A stretch of DNA of 64,000 nucleotides. Origin: an uncultured Mariniplasma sp. (GTDB lineage Bacteria > Bacillota_I > Bacilli_A > Acholeplasmatales > Acholeplasmataceae). The notes beneath the pieces are model-generated. The model worked only from the letters and a program-made list of their open reading frames with translations. It ran no database searches and was not told the DNA's origin. Below are positions 39,151-50,108 of this stretch, piece after piece (the first letter of the stretch is position 1; each line of letters begins with the position of its first letter). The translations under genes were made by a program, and so were the position numbers. The stretch is from positions 1 through 64,000 of the forward strand of contig CAZPLF010000006.1 of the NCBI GenBank assembly GCA_964587475.1, in the 5' to 3' direction.

Positions 39151-40824
39151 TTGAGTGAAATTCGTTTTTTTGCTTTGGGCGGATTGGGTGAAAATGGCAA
39201 GAATATGTATGTTGTCGAAGTTGACAAACAGCTGTTCATTTTAGATGCTGGTATTAAATATCCAAGTTCAGAGCTTTATGGGGTAGATGAGATTATCCCA
39301 GATTATAGAATACTGATTCGTGCAAAAGACCGCATTCGTGGTATTTTTCTATCGCACGCTCATGAAGATCATATCAGTGCTTTGCCTCACATACTGAGGG
39401 ATTTAAATGTTCCTGTTTATGCGACTAATTTTACGATGCAAGTCGTTATGGATATGCTTAAAGATGAAGATTATAATTTAGAAGAGCTGACACTTAATAC
39501 TATTTCTCAAAACAGTATCATTAAATTTGGTAATGTACGTGTTACTTTTTTTAGCACGACCCATTCAATCCCTGAATCTGTTGGTATCGCCGTTCATACT
39601 TTAGATGGCTCCATCGTCTATACGAGTGATTTTACATTTGACCAGAGTGGAGATTTAAAATATCAAACTGATTTCAGAAAAATCAATGAGTTGGCTGAAA
39701 AAAATGTCTTGGCTTTATTGACTGAATCTTTGGGATCCACTCTAGAACTTAATAGTGGAGTTAACGACACACTCATGCATAAGCTCAATAGTGTATATAC
39801 CAATGCCGATGGAAGAATTATTGTCTCATTGTTTTCATCAGATTTACAAAAAATACAGCGCATTGTTGACATCTCTTTAGCACATCATAAAAAGATAGCT
39901 ATCATCGGTAGACGAGCACAACGTATCGTCGATATTGCTATTGAAGATGGTTATTTAAAAATACCCACTGAATCACTTATTAATTTAAGATACATTGATG
40001 AAAAAAATAAAAACGATGACAATGACATTGTCGCTTTAGTTACTGGAAGCAGACATGAACCATTTTTCATGATACAAAGAATGTGTAAAAAATCTGACCG
40101 TTTGATTCATATCACAGAAAAGGATACTGTCATCTTAATGACACCTCCTGTTCCTGGAACAGAAAAGATGGCAGCCAGAACACTAGATATTTTGTACCGC
40201 AGTGACGCGCAGGTTCAAATGATTAATAAAAGACTTCTTACATCTGCACACGCATCCGCAGAAGAACTGAAGATGATGATGAATTTGCTTAAGCCTAAGT
40301 ATATCATTCCAGCCATTGGCGAATATCGCCATCAATATGGTGTTAAAAAATTAGCTGAAACGATTGGTTATCATGCAGAAGACGTCTTTATTCTTGACAA
40401 TGGTGATGTTCTTACCATAAAGGACAAGGAAGCCTATGTATCCAAAAATGATATTAGCGTTGGTGAAATCTTAATCGATGGAACTGCTGTAGGTGATGTC
40501 AATGATTTTGTCATGAAGGATAGAGAACTACTTGCTGAAGATGGTGCACTTCTCATTGTCGCTCATGTCAGTCCAAAAACAAAAACAATTTTAGGTGAAG
40601 TCCAAATTGTAACCAGAGGGTTTGTTTATATTCAAGAATCCGAAGAACTTTTAGGAAAAGTTAAAGATATGTTCTATGAAGTGAGTAAAAAACATCTTGA
40701 TGGAAAGTATATCAATTGGAATGAATATAAAAGAGATGTCAGAAATGAAGTCAACCGTTTTATCTATCAAGAAACTAGAAGAAGTCCCATAACAATACCT
40801 GTTATTATTTCAACTGAAGGGTAA
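39151..40824 (+). CDS. rnj: Ribonuclease J
   Basis: Beta-lactamase/beta-CASP fold with the HAHEDH motif. 557 aa. Apparent TTG start. Confidence 0.88.
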   Translation: MSEIRFFALGGLGENGKNMYVVEVDKQLFILDAGIKYPSSELYGVDEIIPDYRILIRAKDRIRGIFLSHAHEDHISALPHILRDLNVPVYATNFTMQVVMDMLKDEDYNLEELTLNTISQNSIIKFGNVRVTFFSTTHSIPESVGIAVHTLDGSIVYTSDFTFDQSGDLKYQTDFRKINELAEKNVLALLTESLGSTLELNSGVNDTLMHKLNSVYTNADGRIIVSLFSSDLQKIQRIVDISLAHHKKIAIIGRRAQRIVDIAIEDGYLKIPTESLINLRYIDEKNKNDDNDIVALVTGSRHEPFFMIQRMCKKSDRLIHITEKDTVILMTPPVPGTEKMAARTLDILYRSDAQVQMINKRLLTSAHASAEELKMMMNLLKPKYIIPAIGEYRHQYGVKKLAETIGYHAEDVFILDNGDVLTIKDKEAYVSKNDISVGEILIDGTAVGDVNDFVMKDRELLAEDGALLIVAHVSPKTKTILGEVQIVTRGFVYIQESEELLGKVKDMFYEVSKKHLDGKYINWNEYKRDVRNEVNRFIYQETRRSPITIPVIISTEG

Positions 40825-40831
40825 AAAAATT

Positions 40832-40868
40832 AAAGGTGTTAGCGATAAGCTACACCTTTTTTATTTTT
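40832..40868. terminator. Bidirectional rho-independent terminator
   Basis: AAGGUGU-loop-ACACCUU hairpin flanked by A-runs and U-runs between convergent rnj and rarA. Confidence 0.7.
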
Positions 40869-42102
40869 GATTTCTTTTTTTATGCTTGACTTTATCAATC
40901 ATTTTCAATCGATCAGATAGAGCCTTTTCATAACTTGATTCATCCTTTGGATGATAATAGGTTTTATCTTTAATTGCATCAGGCAAATATGACTGATCGT
41001 TGACACTATCAACATCGTTATGTGGGTAGTGATAAATATCAGGATTCAGTTTTATCTTTCGATTGCTTGCTTGATCTGGAACAACACCGGTATCATTTTC
41101 TCCATAATCGTGAAGTGCATCATCAATTGCTATAACTGCAGTATTGGATTTAGGTGAAATTGCCATGTCAATGACAATAGCAGATAAAATGATTCTAGCT
41201 TCAGGAAGTCCAACGCGGATAGCGCTGTCACAAGCATTTAACACCTTGCCTCCCATTAAAGGATTTGCTAAACCGATATCTTCATAAGCTATGACGATAA
41301 GTCTTCTGATGATAGCTTGAAGATCGCCTAAAGTAATCAACCTAGCTAAGTAATGGATCGATGCATCAACATCTGAACCTCTAATTGATTTTTGAAGTGC
41401 ACTGAGCAAGTCATAAAAATGATCTTCATGATCGTCTAAATCATGATTGATTTTACCAGCAATACGATAAATAATTTGTGGTGTAAGCATATCACCGTCA
41501 TTTAAGACCAATGATGCACTTTCTAAAATGTTAAGTGCAGTTCTTACCTCATGGTTGGAATAACGAATAATTGCAGATAATGCACTTTTTTCAATTCTTA
41601 TATCGACATCGAGTTCTTTAACACCATTGAGCACAGCTTTTTCCAAAGCTTCGTCATCTAGATTTTTTACTTCGTAAAGATGGCATCTTGAGCGTATTGC
41701 CATATTGATACTTTGATATGGATTTAAAGTTGTTATACCAATGATTGTAGCATTACCTTTTTCCATGTATGGAAGTAAGTAGTCTTGAATATCTGTTTTC
41801 ATTCGGTGAATTTCATCGATAACAATCAAGATGTCATGATAGGAAGTCGTATCAATAATATCCTTTAATTTTGCCTTGCTATCAGTAGAGGCATTAAAGA
41901 AATACACATCTAAACCGGATTGGGCAGCGAATAGCTGAGCTATTGTTGTTTTTCCAGTACCGGGAGGTCCATAAAGGATAAAAGATAGCAGCTTCTTTTT
42001 TTCAAGCATGGAAACTAAAATACCATCTTTTCCTACAAGATGGTCTTGTCCATAAACATCTTCAAATTTTTGTGGTCTCATGCGGTATGCTAGAGGCTTC
42101 AT
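40861..42102 (-). CDS. rarA: Replication-associated recombination protein RarA/MgsA (AAA+)
   Basis: Walker A GPPGTGKTT. 413 aa. Confidence 0.88.
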   Translation of the reverse strand: MKPLAYRMRPQKFEDVYGQDHLVGKDGILVSMLEKKKLLSFILYGPPGTGKTTIAQLFAAQSGLDVYFFNASTDSKAKLKDIIDTTSYHDILIVIDEIHRMKTDIQDYLLPYMEKGNATIIGITTLNPYQSINMAIRSRCHLYEVKNLDDEALEKAVLNGVKELDVDIRIEKSALSAIIRYSNHEVRTALNILESASLVLNDGDMLTPQIIYRIAGKINHDLDDHEDHFYDLLSALQKSIRGSDVDASIHYLARLITLGDLQAIIRRLIVIAYEDIGLANPLMGGKVLNACDSAIRVGLPEARIILSAIVIDMAISPKSNTAVIAIDDALHDYGENDTGVVPDQASNRKIKLNPDIYHYPHNDVDSVNDQSYLPDAIKDKTYYHPKDESSYEKALSDRLKMIDKVKHKKRNQK

Positions 42103-42215
42103 TATCTCACCCGTTTACATTATAGCATACTTGCTTAAAACTATAAAATAGAGTAAAATAAGAAGATAATAGTAGGTCTTTTTTTCTTATGAAAGACACT
42201 TGTGGAGGAATAATA

Positions 42216-42728
42216 ATGAATTTAAAAGAATTTATTGCAGATGTACCTGATTTTCCAATTAAGGGCATTCTATTTAGAGATATTACACCATTGATGCTCA
42301 ATGGCAAAGCATACAAATATGCTGCTGATCAATTTACCAAGTTTGCTGCTGAAAAGAAAGCAACTGTTATTGTTGGACCCGAAGCTAGAGGGTTTATCTT
42401 TGGCTGTCCAGTAGCTGCTAATCTAGGCATTGGGTTTGCTCCTGTTAGAAAACCAGGCAAACTTCCAAGAGATGCAGTAAATGTTACTTATGAACTTGAA
42501 TATGGAGTCAACAAATTATGCATGCATTCTGATGCCGTTAAAAAAGGTGACAAGGTTTTAATCGTCGATGATCTGTTAGCTACAGGCGGAACGATTCAAG
42601 CAACCATTGAATTAGTGGAAAAACTTGGTGGTGAAGTAGTTGGATTGGCTTTTTTAATTGAACTTTCCGATTTAAATGGTAGAGAAAAACTTGGAGAATA
42701 TGATATATTAACTTTAATCACTTATTAA
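42216..42728 (+). CDS. apt: Adenine phosphoribosyltransferase
   Basis: PRPP-binding [13 protein letters not shown]. 170 aa. Confidence 0.9.
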   Translation: MNLKEFIADVPDFPIKGILFRDITPLMLNGKAYKYAADQFTKFAAEKKATVIVGPEARGFIFGCPVAANLGIGFAPVRKPGKLPRDAVNVTYELEYGVNKLCMHSDAVKKGDKVLIVDDLLATGGTIQATIELVEKLGGEVVGLAFLIELSDLNGREKLGEYDILTLITY

Positions 42729-42740
42729 GGAAGTGAATGC

Positions 42741-44918
42741 ATGAATGATCCTTTGTTTCAATCCCTTATTGAATCTTTCGATTCATATATAAAAAGAGAT
42801 TCAGACATTAAGCTTATTGAAAAGGCTTATGTTTTAGCGCGGGATAAACACGAAGGACAAATGAGAAAGAGTGGGGAACCATATATCACTCATCCCATTG
42901 CTGTAGCTAAAATTTTAGCTGAACTAAGAGCTGGACCTGCAACTTTGATTGCTGCTCTGCTTCACGACACAGTCGAAGATACAGTTTTGACTTTGAAGGA
43001 TGTTGATTCAATGTTTGGTTCTGATATTGCTCAATTGGTTGATGGTGTGACCAAAATTGGGAAATTATCATTTACAACAACAGCAAGTCAAGTAGATAAT
43101 CATCAAAAGATGCTGCTAGCGATGGCTAAAGACATCAGAGTTGTCTTAATCAAAATAGCAGATAGACTTCATAACGTTAGAACTTTAGATTCTATGTCTC
43201 CAGAAAAACAATATAAAATTGCGACTGAGACCTTAGAGATTTATGCACCTTTGGCTCATCGCTTAGGTATTTTTAGAATTAAAGCTGAATTGGAAGACCG
43301 TTCCTTAAGATATACAGATCCACCGATGTATTATCGAGTATCTAATATGATACAAGCAAAAAGAAATGAACGGGAAGCGTCCATCGACCATGTGATCACA
43401 AATATCACTGAATTGTTTACGATGAGTGATCTACATGATTTTGAAATCAAAGGACGCATAAAGAATATTTTTAGTATCTATAAGAAAATGGTTAAAGATA
43501 GCCGTGCTTTTGAAGATATCTATGATTTGCTAGCTGTTCGAATCATTGTCGATCGCATTGAAACATGCTATCAAGCACTTGGTATTATTCATGCGAATTT
43601 TACACCCATACCAAGAAGGTTCAAAGATTACATTGCTGTACCAAAACCTAATATGTATCAATCTTTGCATACGACAGTGCTTTCAGATGATGGTACCCTT
43701 TTTGAAGTTCAAATAAGAACCTCAGAAATGGATCAGATAGCTGAATATGGGATTGCTGCACACTGGGCATATAAAGAAAATAAAACGTATTCCAAGGAAA
43801 AAGAACAGTTTGAAATAGCCCAAAAATTAAAGTGGTACGGCGAATTACTCAAGATGAGTGAGGATATCGATGAAACCGATGGCGGGGCAGAGGAGTTTGT
43901 AGGTACCATAAAAGGCGATATTTTAGAAGCCAATATTTATGTTTTTACGCCAAAAGGTGAAGTTATTGAGTTACCAAAAGGATCAACACCTATAGACTTT
44001 GCTTATCGAATCCATACCGATATCGGAAATAAGATGGTTGGCGCACTTGTCAATAATCGTATTGTCACTTTGGATTACCAATTAAGTACTGGTGACATCG
44101 TCAGTGTCAAGATTAACAAAAACTCCTATGGCCCAAGTGAAGATTGGATGAAAATTGCCAAATCTGCACATGCTAAACATAAGATTAAGAGCTTTTTAAA
44201 CAAACAAAATCGTGATCAAATTATCATCATGGGTAAAGATATGCTAGAAAGAGAACTTTCTTCGCAAAAAGTCACCGAAACCCTAGATGATCAATTTGCA
44301 AAAAAACATTTTGAAAAAAATATGGTGACCAGTGTTCCTGACCTATATCTAGAAATTGGTAAGGGCATCATTAGTCCTAAAACTGTTGTCAGTAAATTGC
44401 TAGGTCAAGAAGTCGATCGCGACCTAATGTTACAAAGACAAATGGAAAAGGCATCAAAACAACTGACTACACATAGTGAAACAGGCGTTGTGATTGAAGG
44501 TTTATCAAGCCCTCAATTAAAACTTGCAAACTGTTGTCTTCCCATACCTGGAGATTCGATAATAGGTTATGTCAGTAAACAGAGTGGCATCGTGATCCAT
44601 GCTGCATTTTGTCCAAATTGCAGCCAATTTGAAGAAAATCGACTGATTGATGCTTTTTGGTCAAATAAGATTTCTAGAAAATATCCAACATGGATTAAAG
44701 TTGTCGGTGGAAATAGACCAACCATGCTCGCAGATGTTGTTACTGTCATTAACGCTTCAAGTGTCTCCATTGCTGAAGTCAATGCAATGACAACAAATAA
44801 TATGGAAATGATTATGCGAATCAAAGTTTCAATCGATAATGCTCAATCACTACAATCCTTAATGATTAACTTAAGAAAAGTAAGTGAATTGTATAGTGTG
44901 GAAAGAGATTTCAAATGA
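42741..44918 (+). CDS. relA: Bifunctional (p)ppGpp synthetase/hydrolase Rel
   Basis: HD hydrolase domain, synthetase domain, then TGS and ACT. 725 aa. Confidence 0.92.
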   Translation: MNDPLFQSLIESFDSYIKRDSDIKLIEKAYVLARDKHEGQMRKSGEPYITHPIAVAKILAELRAGPATLIAALLHDTVEDTVLTLKDVDSMFGSDIAQLVDGVTKIGKLSFTTTASQVDNHQKMLLAMAKDIRVVLIKIADRLHNVRTLDSMSPEKQYKIATETLEIYAPLAHRLGIFRIKAELEDRSLRYTDPPMYYRVSNMIQAKRNEREASIDHVITNITELFTMSDLHDFEIKGRIKNIFSIYKKMVKDSRAFEDIYDLLAVRIIVDRIETCYQALGIIHANFTPIPRRFKDYIAVPKPNMYQSLHTTVLSDDGTLFEVQIRTSEMDQIAEYGIAAHWAYKENKTYSKEKEQFEIAQKLKWYGELLKMSEDIDETDGGAEEFVGTIKGDILEANIYVFTPKGEVIELPKGSTPIDFAYRIHTDIGNKMVGALVNNRIVTLDYQLSTGDIVSVKINKNSYGPSEDWMKIAKSAHAKHKIKSFLNKQNRDQIIIMGKDMLERELSSQKVTETLDDQFAKKHFEKNMVTSVPDLYLEIGKGIISPKTVVSKLLGQEVDRDLMLQRQMEKASKQLTTHSETGVVIEGLSSPQLKLANCCLPIPGDSIIGYVSKQSGIVIHAAFCPNCSQFEENRLIDAFWSNKISRKYPTWIKVVGGNRPTMLADVVTVINASSVSIAEVNAMTTNNMEMIMRIKVSIDNAQSLQSLMINLRKVSELYSVERDFK

Positions 44919-45349
44919 GATGCATTGTTCAAAGAGTTGTTCAAGCTCTAGTTGAAGTGGAAAATGAAGTTATAGGATCAATTGAAAAAGGGTTTTTAGT
45001 TTACGTGGGCATCCATCATTCGGATGATGAAAAAACAGTTGAAAAGATGGCTCAAAAAGTGATTTCATTACGCATATTTGAAGATGAACAAGAGAAAATG
45101 AATCTCAATTTGAAACAGGTTGATGGACAAATATTATCCATTTCTCAATTTACACTTTATGGTGATACCAAAGGTAATAATAGACCATCATTTATCGAAG
45201 CTGCTAAACCAGAGCAAGCTATAAAACTCTATAATCTTTTTAATGAAAAATTAGAAGAACATTGTCATGTGGAAAAAGGATTGTTTGGTGCCCATATGAA
45301 AATCAAATCAATCAATGATGGACCAGTAACAATCCTCATTGAAATGTAA
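44915..45349 (+). CDS. dtd: D-aminoacyl-tRNA deacylase
   Basis: MRCIVQRV N-terminus and the SQFTLY motif. 144 aa. Confidence 0.9.
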   Translation: MRCIVQRVVQALVEVENEVIGSIEKGFLVYVGIHHSDDEKTVEKMAQKVISLRIFEDEQEKMNLNLKQVDGQILSISQFTLYGDTKGNNRPSFIEAAKPEQAIKLYNLFNEKLEEHCHVEKGLFGAHMKIKSINDGPVTILIEM

Positions 45350-45374
45350 TTGACAAAAGTAGTAAATTAAGATA

Positions 45375-45585
45375 TCATGTTTATGTAAGTGAATCGTCTG
45401 TGATGAAGGAAGAATTCATTGATTTCTATTAGCGATGGCAGATAGTGAAAGAGCCAAGATATCAAGAATTGTGACACCTTCGGAGACATGTTGTTATTGA
45501 GGGCTAGAAATGTTCTAGAACTAAGGTGGTACCGCGTATACAATTACGTCCTTAGATGTTTTAAGGATGTTTTTATTTTTTTGGA
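45375..45585 (+). promoter_or_regulatory. T-box riboswitch leader upstream of GNAT, hisS and aspS
   Basis: T-box sequence AACUAAGGUGGUACCGCG at 45518-45536. Terminator CCUUAG...UUAAGGA plus a U-run at 45550-45582. Specifier region GUGACACCUUCGG at 45470-45482. Confidence 0.85.
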
Positions 45586-45593
45586 GTATATAA

Positions 45594-46172
45594 ATGAAGA
45601 AACCCTATCAGAAAATGCCAGTGATCTATTTTGATGATTATTGTTTGAGAACCATCAAAAGATCAGATGCAAAAAACATGTATGAATACGGAAAAGATCC
45701 AGAAGTCACCTGTTTTTTGTCGTGGGGACCATTTATTCTTCTTGAAGAAGCCAAAAAATCGATTGTAAACATTTTTCTTCCCCGATTAAGAGAAGAATTA
45801 CCCGTAGGGTATGCCATAATTGATATGAAAATACCAAAAATGATTGGAACCATCGATTTTCATAGTAAAATAAAAGGTGTCAATGGTGCTGAAATTGGAT
45901 TTGTGTTGCATAAGACTTACTGGAATAAGGGAATCATGACGAAAGCACTTCAAAAAATGGTGGTTATTGGATTTGATTATTTGAATTTTGATGTCATTAA
46001 GATAAAACATCTTAAACAAAATACTGCAAGTCAGAAAGTCATTCAAAAAGTTGGTTTTAAATTTGTTAAGACCGAATTGTATATATTGGAAAAACGAGAT
46101 CATGTCGTAAAAGATGAACTGCTCACTTATGAGCTAACTAAGGAGGATTATTATGGCAATCAACAAAGTTAA
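45594..46172 (+). CDS. GNAT-family N-acetyltransferase (RimJ/RimL-like)
   Basis: 192 aa. Acetyl-CoA motif A region HKTYWNKGIMTKAL. The stop overlaps the hisS start. Confidence 0.65.
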   Translation: MKKPYQKMPVIYFDDYCLRTIKRSDAKNMYEYGKDPEVTCFLSWGPFILLEEAKKSIVNIFLPRLREELPVGYAIIDMKIPKMIGTIDFHSKIKGVNGAEIGFVLHKTYWNKGIMTKALQKMVVIGFDYLNFDVIKIKHLKQNTASQKVIQKVGFKFVKTELYILEKRDHVVKDELLTYELTKEDYYGNQQS

Positions 46173-47421
46173 GGGAACCTATGATGTTTTACCAAATGAA
46201 TCATATCTATGGCAGGCCTTGGAACAGAAAATCAGAGATATATTAAGTGTATATAATATGAAGGAAATGCGTACGCCAATCATGGAATATAGCGATGTTT
46301 TTCATCGTCATACTGAATTATCGGATATGGTTACCAAAGAAACCTATGATTTTGATGACCGTGCAGATAGAAAGCTCACATTAAGACCTGAAGGCACAGC
46401 AGGTATTATCCGAAGTTACGTTGAAAATAAACTATATGCAAGTCAAGAATTGGAAAAAGTTTACTATATTGGCCCAAATTTCCGTTATGAAAGACCACAA
46501 AAAGGACGATATCGTCAATTCTATCAATTTGGCGTTGAAGCAATAGGAGCAATTGATCCAGCACTTGATGCTGAAATGATTATTTTGTCCTATGATTTCA
46601 TCAAGAGATTAGGCCTTAAGGGCGTTAGAGTCAGAGTTAATAGCTTAGGTGATGAATCTTCCAGTTTGAATTATCAAGAAGCACTAAAGACCTATTTTAT
46701 GCCACATCTCAAAGAACTTTGTGATGATTGTAAAGTGAGACTAAATAAAAATCCTTTACGCATCCTTGATTGCAAAATCGATCACAAGAATGAAGCGGTA
46801 AAAAATGCTCCAACACCTCAAGATTATTTGAATCATGAATCTAGAGCTTACTTTAAGCAAGTTCTTGATCATTTGAATGCAGCGAAAATCAGTTATGAAA
46901 TCGCGCCTAAGCTCGTTCGAGGATTAGACTACTATAGTCACACAGTTTTTGAAATAGAAGCGGATATTGAAGGATTTGGTGCTCAAAACGTACTTGGTGG
47001 AGGCGGCAGATATCAAAATTTAGTTTCTGAACTCGGTGGACCTGATTTAGGTGGAATCGGTTTTGCTTTTGGTATGGAAAGACTCTTGCTCGCACTTGAT
47101 GCTGAAAATGTTAATTTTGCTCAGGAAAGAGATCTAGATGCCTTTGTTATCGTTTTTAAGGATGAGTTAAAGACAGTAGCAACTGAGATTCTATATGAAC
47201 TTCGAAAAGCTGACTTGGTTGCAGATACCAATTACTCGCAAAAAGCCTTTAAGGGACAACTTAAACAGGCACTTCGTTATAAAGCGAAATACTTGATCAT
47301 TTTAGGTGAAGAAGAGTTTCAAAAAGGTGTAGTAGCAATAAAAGATACAAAGACAGAAGTTCAAGAAGAAGTTTTAATTCCTAAAATTAAAAAGTACTTA
47401 TTAGAAAAATTGGAGAAGTAA
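46153..47421 (+). CDS. hisS: Histidyl-tRNA synthetase
   Basis: Class II aaRS motifs with an HisRS-specific fold. 422 aa. Confidence 0.92.
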   Translation: MAINKVKGTYDVLPNESYLWQALEQKIRDILSVYNMKEMRTPIMEYSDVFHRHTELSDMVTKETYDFDDRADRKLTLRPEGTAGIIRSYVENKLYASQELEKVYYIGPNFRYERPQKGRYRQFYQFGVEAIGAIDPALDAEMIILSYDFIKRLGLKGVRVRVNSLGDESSSLNYQEALKTYFMPHLKELCDDCKVRLNKNPLRILDCKIDHKNEAVKNAPTPQDYLNHESRAYFKQVLDHLNAAKISYEIAPKLVRGLDYYSHTVFEIEADIEGFGAQNVLGGGGRYQNLVSELGGPDLGGIGFAFGMERLLLALDAENVNFAQERDLDAFVIVFKDELKTVATEILYELRKADLVADTNYSQKAFKGQLKQALRYKAKYLIILGEEEFQKGVVAIKDTKTEVQEEVLIPKIKKYLLEKLEK

Positions 47422-47422
47422 T

Positions 47423-49141
47423 ATGAAATATACACACCACAACAATGAATTGAATAGCACGCATCTCAATCAAAAAGTGTTTCTAAAAGGTTGGGTAGCC
47501 AAAAATAGAAATCTTGGAGGTCTTATGTTTATTGATTTAAGAGACCGTTTTGGTATAACTCAACTTGTTGTCAAACCAGAAAACCCATTTTATGAGATTG
47601 CTCTTAAGATTAAGAATGAGTTTGTCATTGAAGCCAAAGGTATTGTCATTATGCGCGAGAGCATCAATAAAGGAATTGCTACTGGAGAGATTGAAGTTGA
47701 TGTCACTGAACTCACGATTTTGAGCGCAGCTGAAACAACACCAATGATTATTGCAAATGATACAGATGCGTTAGAAGACACCAGACTTAAATATAGATAT
47801 CTAGACTTAAGAAGACCAGTGATGCAAAACTTTATGATTAAAAGACATCAAATCACTCAAGCGATTCGTTCAACTTTAGTCGATGAAGGATTTTATGAAC
47901 TGGAAACACCTATATTAGGTAAATCTACTCCTGAAGGAGCTAGAGATTATCTTGTACCTTCTAGATTATATCCAGGCACTTTCTATGCGCTTCCTCAATC
48001 ACCACAAATCTATAAGCAGCTTTTCATGATTGCAGGATTTGAGAAGTATTTTCAGGTTGCACGTTGCTTTAGAGATGAAGATCTTAGAGCAGATAGACAA
48101 CCCGAGTTTACTCAAATAGATATTGAAGCATCCTTTGTTGATCAATCAGATGTTCAAGAAGTAGTTGAAAAAGTCATGGTACAAACATTTAAGAAAGTGC
48201 TTGATATCGATGTAAAAGCACCATTTGTTCAAATGTCATATCAGGAAGCTATGGAAAAATATGGTACTGATAAACCTGATATGCGCTATGAATTATTATT
48301 ACAAGACTATACTGATTTCTTTAAATCAATTGATATTCCATTTTTTAATGATAGAGAGTTTGTTAAAGGACTATTGGTTGAGAATGGTAGCCATTTGACG
48401 AGAAAAAACATCGATGCACTGACTGATCTAGTCAAGAAAAACCATGGTGAAGCGCTTGCCTTTGTTAAGATGAGCGAAGGTGTCATATCTGGAAGCATTG
48501 TGAAATACATGAGTGAAGAAGAGCAATCCTCACTTGGTTTAAACAATGGTGAGATTTTGTTTCTTGTACCTGGTAAATTTGACAATGTGTCATCTGCTCT
48601 TGGTGCATTAAGAATTGCTATTGCTACAGAATTTAAGTTGATTCCAGAAGGTGTTTATAAGTTTCTTTGGGTTGTTGATTGGCCATTGTTAGAATATAAC
48701 GAAGAAGAACAAAGATATTATGCAAAACATCATCCATTTACTGCACCGGTTGATCCTAAAGTCCTCAAGAATAATCCGAAGGATGCGATGGCTAAAGCCT
48801 ATGATATCGTGTTAAATGGCTATGAAATCGGTGGAGGATCCATTCGTATTCATAATCAGGAAGTTCAAAAATTAATGTTTGATACATTAGGATTAACAAA
48901 AGAAGACGTAGCCCATCGCTTTGGTTTCTTTGTTGATGCCTTAAAATATGGAACACCACCACATGGTGGATTAGCTTTGGGATTGGATCGGGTTGTCATG
49001 CTGATGACGAACACATCAAACATCAAAGATGTTGTAGCCTTCCCAAAAACACAAAGTGCAAAAGATATGATGATGCAAGCACCTAGTGATGTTGATCAGA
49101 TTCAGTTGGACGAATTGCAGATTAAGGTGACTAAACCATGA
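47423..49141 (+). CDS. aspS: Aspartyl-tRNA synthetase
   Basis: N-terminal OB anticodon-binding domain, class II core with the FRDEDLRADRQPEFTQ motif and a GAD insertion. Confidence 0.92.
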   Translation: MKYTHHNNELNSTHLNQKVFLKGWVAKNRNLGGLMFIDLRDRFGITQLVVKPENPFYEIALKIKNEFVIEAKGIVIMRESINKGIATGEIEVDVTELTILSAAETTPMIIANDTDALEDTRLKYRYLDLRRPVMQNFMIKRHQITQAIRSTLVDEGFYELETPILGKSTPEGARDYLVPSRLYPGTFYALPQSPQIYKQLFMIAGFEKYFQVARCFRDEDLRADRQPEFTQIDIEASFVDQSDVQEVVEKVMVQTFKKVLDIDVKAPFVQMSYQEAMEKYGTDKPDMRYELLLQDYTDFFKSIDIPFFNDREFVKGLLVENGSHLTRKNIDALTDLVKKNHGEALAFVKMSEGVISGSIVKYMSEEEQSSLGLNNGEILFLVPGKFDNVSSALGALRIAIATEFKLIPEGVYKFLWVVDWPLLEYNEEEQRYYAKHHPFTAPVDPKVLKNNPKDAMAKAYDIVLNGYEIGGGSIRIHNQEVQKLMFDTLGLTKEDVAHRFGFFVDALKYGTPPHGGLALGLDRVVMLMTNTSNIKDVVAFPKTQSAKDMMMQAPSDVDQIQLDELQIKVTKP

Positions 49142-49635
49142 AGACCATTGTATTAGCTGGTGGTTGTTTTTGGGGCCTTGAAGCCTATTTTAATCAACTG
49201 AAAGGCGTCGTAGATACATCTGTTGGTTATGTTGACGGTAATATGAAAAACCCTACATACGAACAAGTATGCAGCGGAAAAGCAAAACATGCTGAAGCAT
49301 GTCAGGTTTTTTATGATGAAACTGTCATCACGTTGGAACAAGTTCTAGATCAATTTTTTAGAATCATCAATCCTTTTAGCATCAATAAGCAAGGACACGA
49401 TATTGGTCATCAATACCGAAGTGGTATTTACTTTAATGATAGCTTAGATGAACCATTGATTTTAAGTTTTATGAAAACATATTTTGGTAAAGATTTTAAA
49501 CGCGTGGCAACTCAAGTTAAACCTAATAATGATTATGAACTTGCAGAAGCATATCATCAGGATTACTTAATTAAAAATCCAGGTGGATATTGTCATGTAA
49601 ACTTAGGCTTAGCAACAAAGGAGGAAATTAAATAA
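49138..49635 (+). CDS. msrA: Peptide methionine sulfoxide reductase A
   Basis: GGCFWG active-site motif. Confidence 0.9.
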   Translation: MKTIVLAGGCFWGLEAYFNQLKGVVDTSVGYVDGNMKNPTYEQVCSGKAKHAEACQVFYDETVITLEQVLDQFFRIINPFSINKQGHDIGHQYRSGIYFNDSLDEPLILSFMKTYFGKDFKRVATQVKPNNDYELAEAYHQDYLIKNPGGYCHVNLGLATKEEIK

Positions 49636-50108
49636 TGCGAAAGGATTATATTTCCTGGGATCAATATTTTATGGGTGTTGCAAAATTATCCTCATTAAGA
49701 AGCAAGGACCCTAGCACTCAAGTTGGCGCATGTATTATCAATCCTGGTAAGCGGATTGTAGGTATAGGCTATAATGGTCTACCGCAAGGATGCAGCGATG
49801 AAACGTTTCCTTGGGCAAGTGAAGGAGAATATGTAGATACAAAGTATCCATATGTCGTTCATGCAGAAGCAAATGCAATTCTTAATGCAACAACTAATCT
49901 TAAAGGCTCATCGATATATGTTACCTTATTTCCATGCAATGAATGTACGAAACTGATCATTCAAAGTGGTATTATAGAAATTGTTTATGAATCTGATAAG
50001 TATAAAGATACAAAAGAACATCAAGCGGCAATCAAAATGCTCAAAGCATCTGGAGTTAGATATCGCCAAATAGAAGTTGGTGAATTAAGCTATGTTACAA
50101 CTAATTAA
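49635..50108 (+). CDS. dCMP deaminase (ComEB-like)
   Basis: CDA zinc motifs HAEANA and PCNECTK. Confidence 0.88.
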   Translation: MRKDYISWDQYFMGVAKLSSLRSKDPSTQVGACIINPGKRIVGIGYNGLPQGCSDETFPWASEGEYVDTKYPYVVHAEANAILNATTNLKGSSIYVTLFPCNECTKLIIQSGIIEIVYESDKYKDTKEHQAAIKMLKASGVRYRQIEVGELSYVTTN

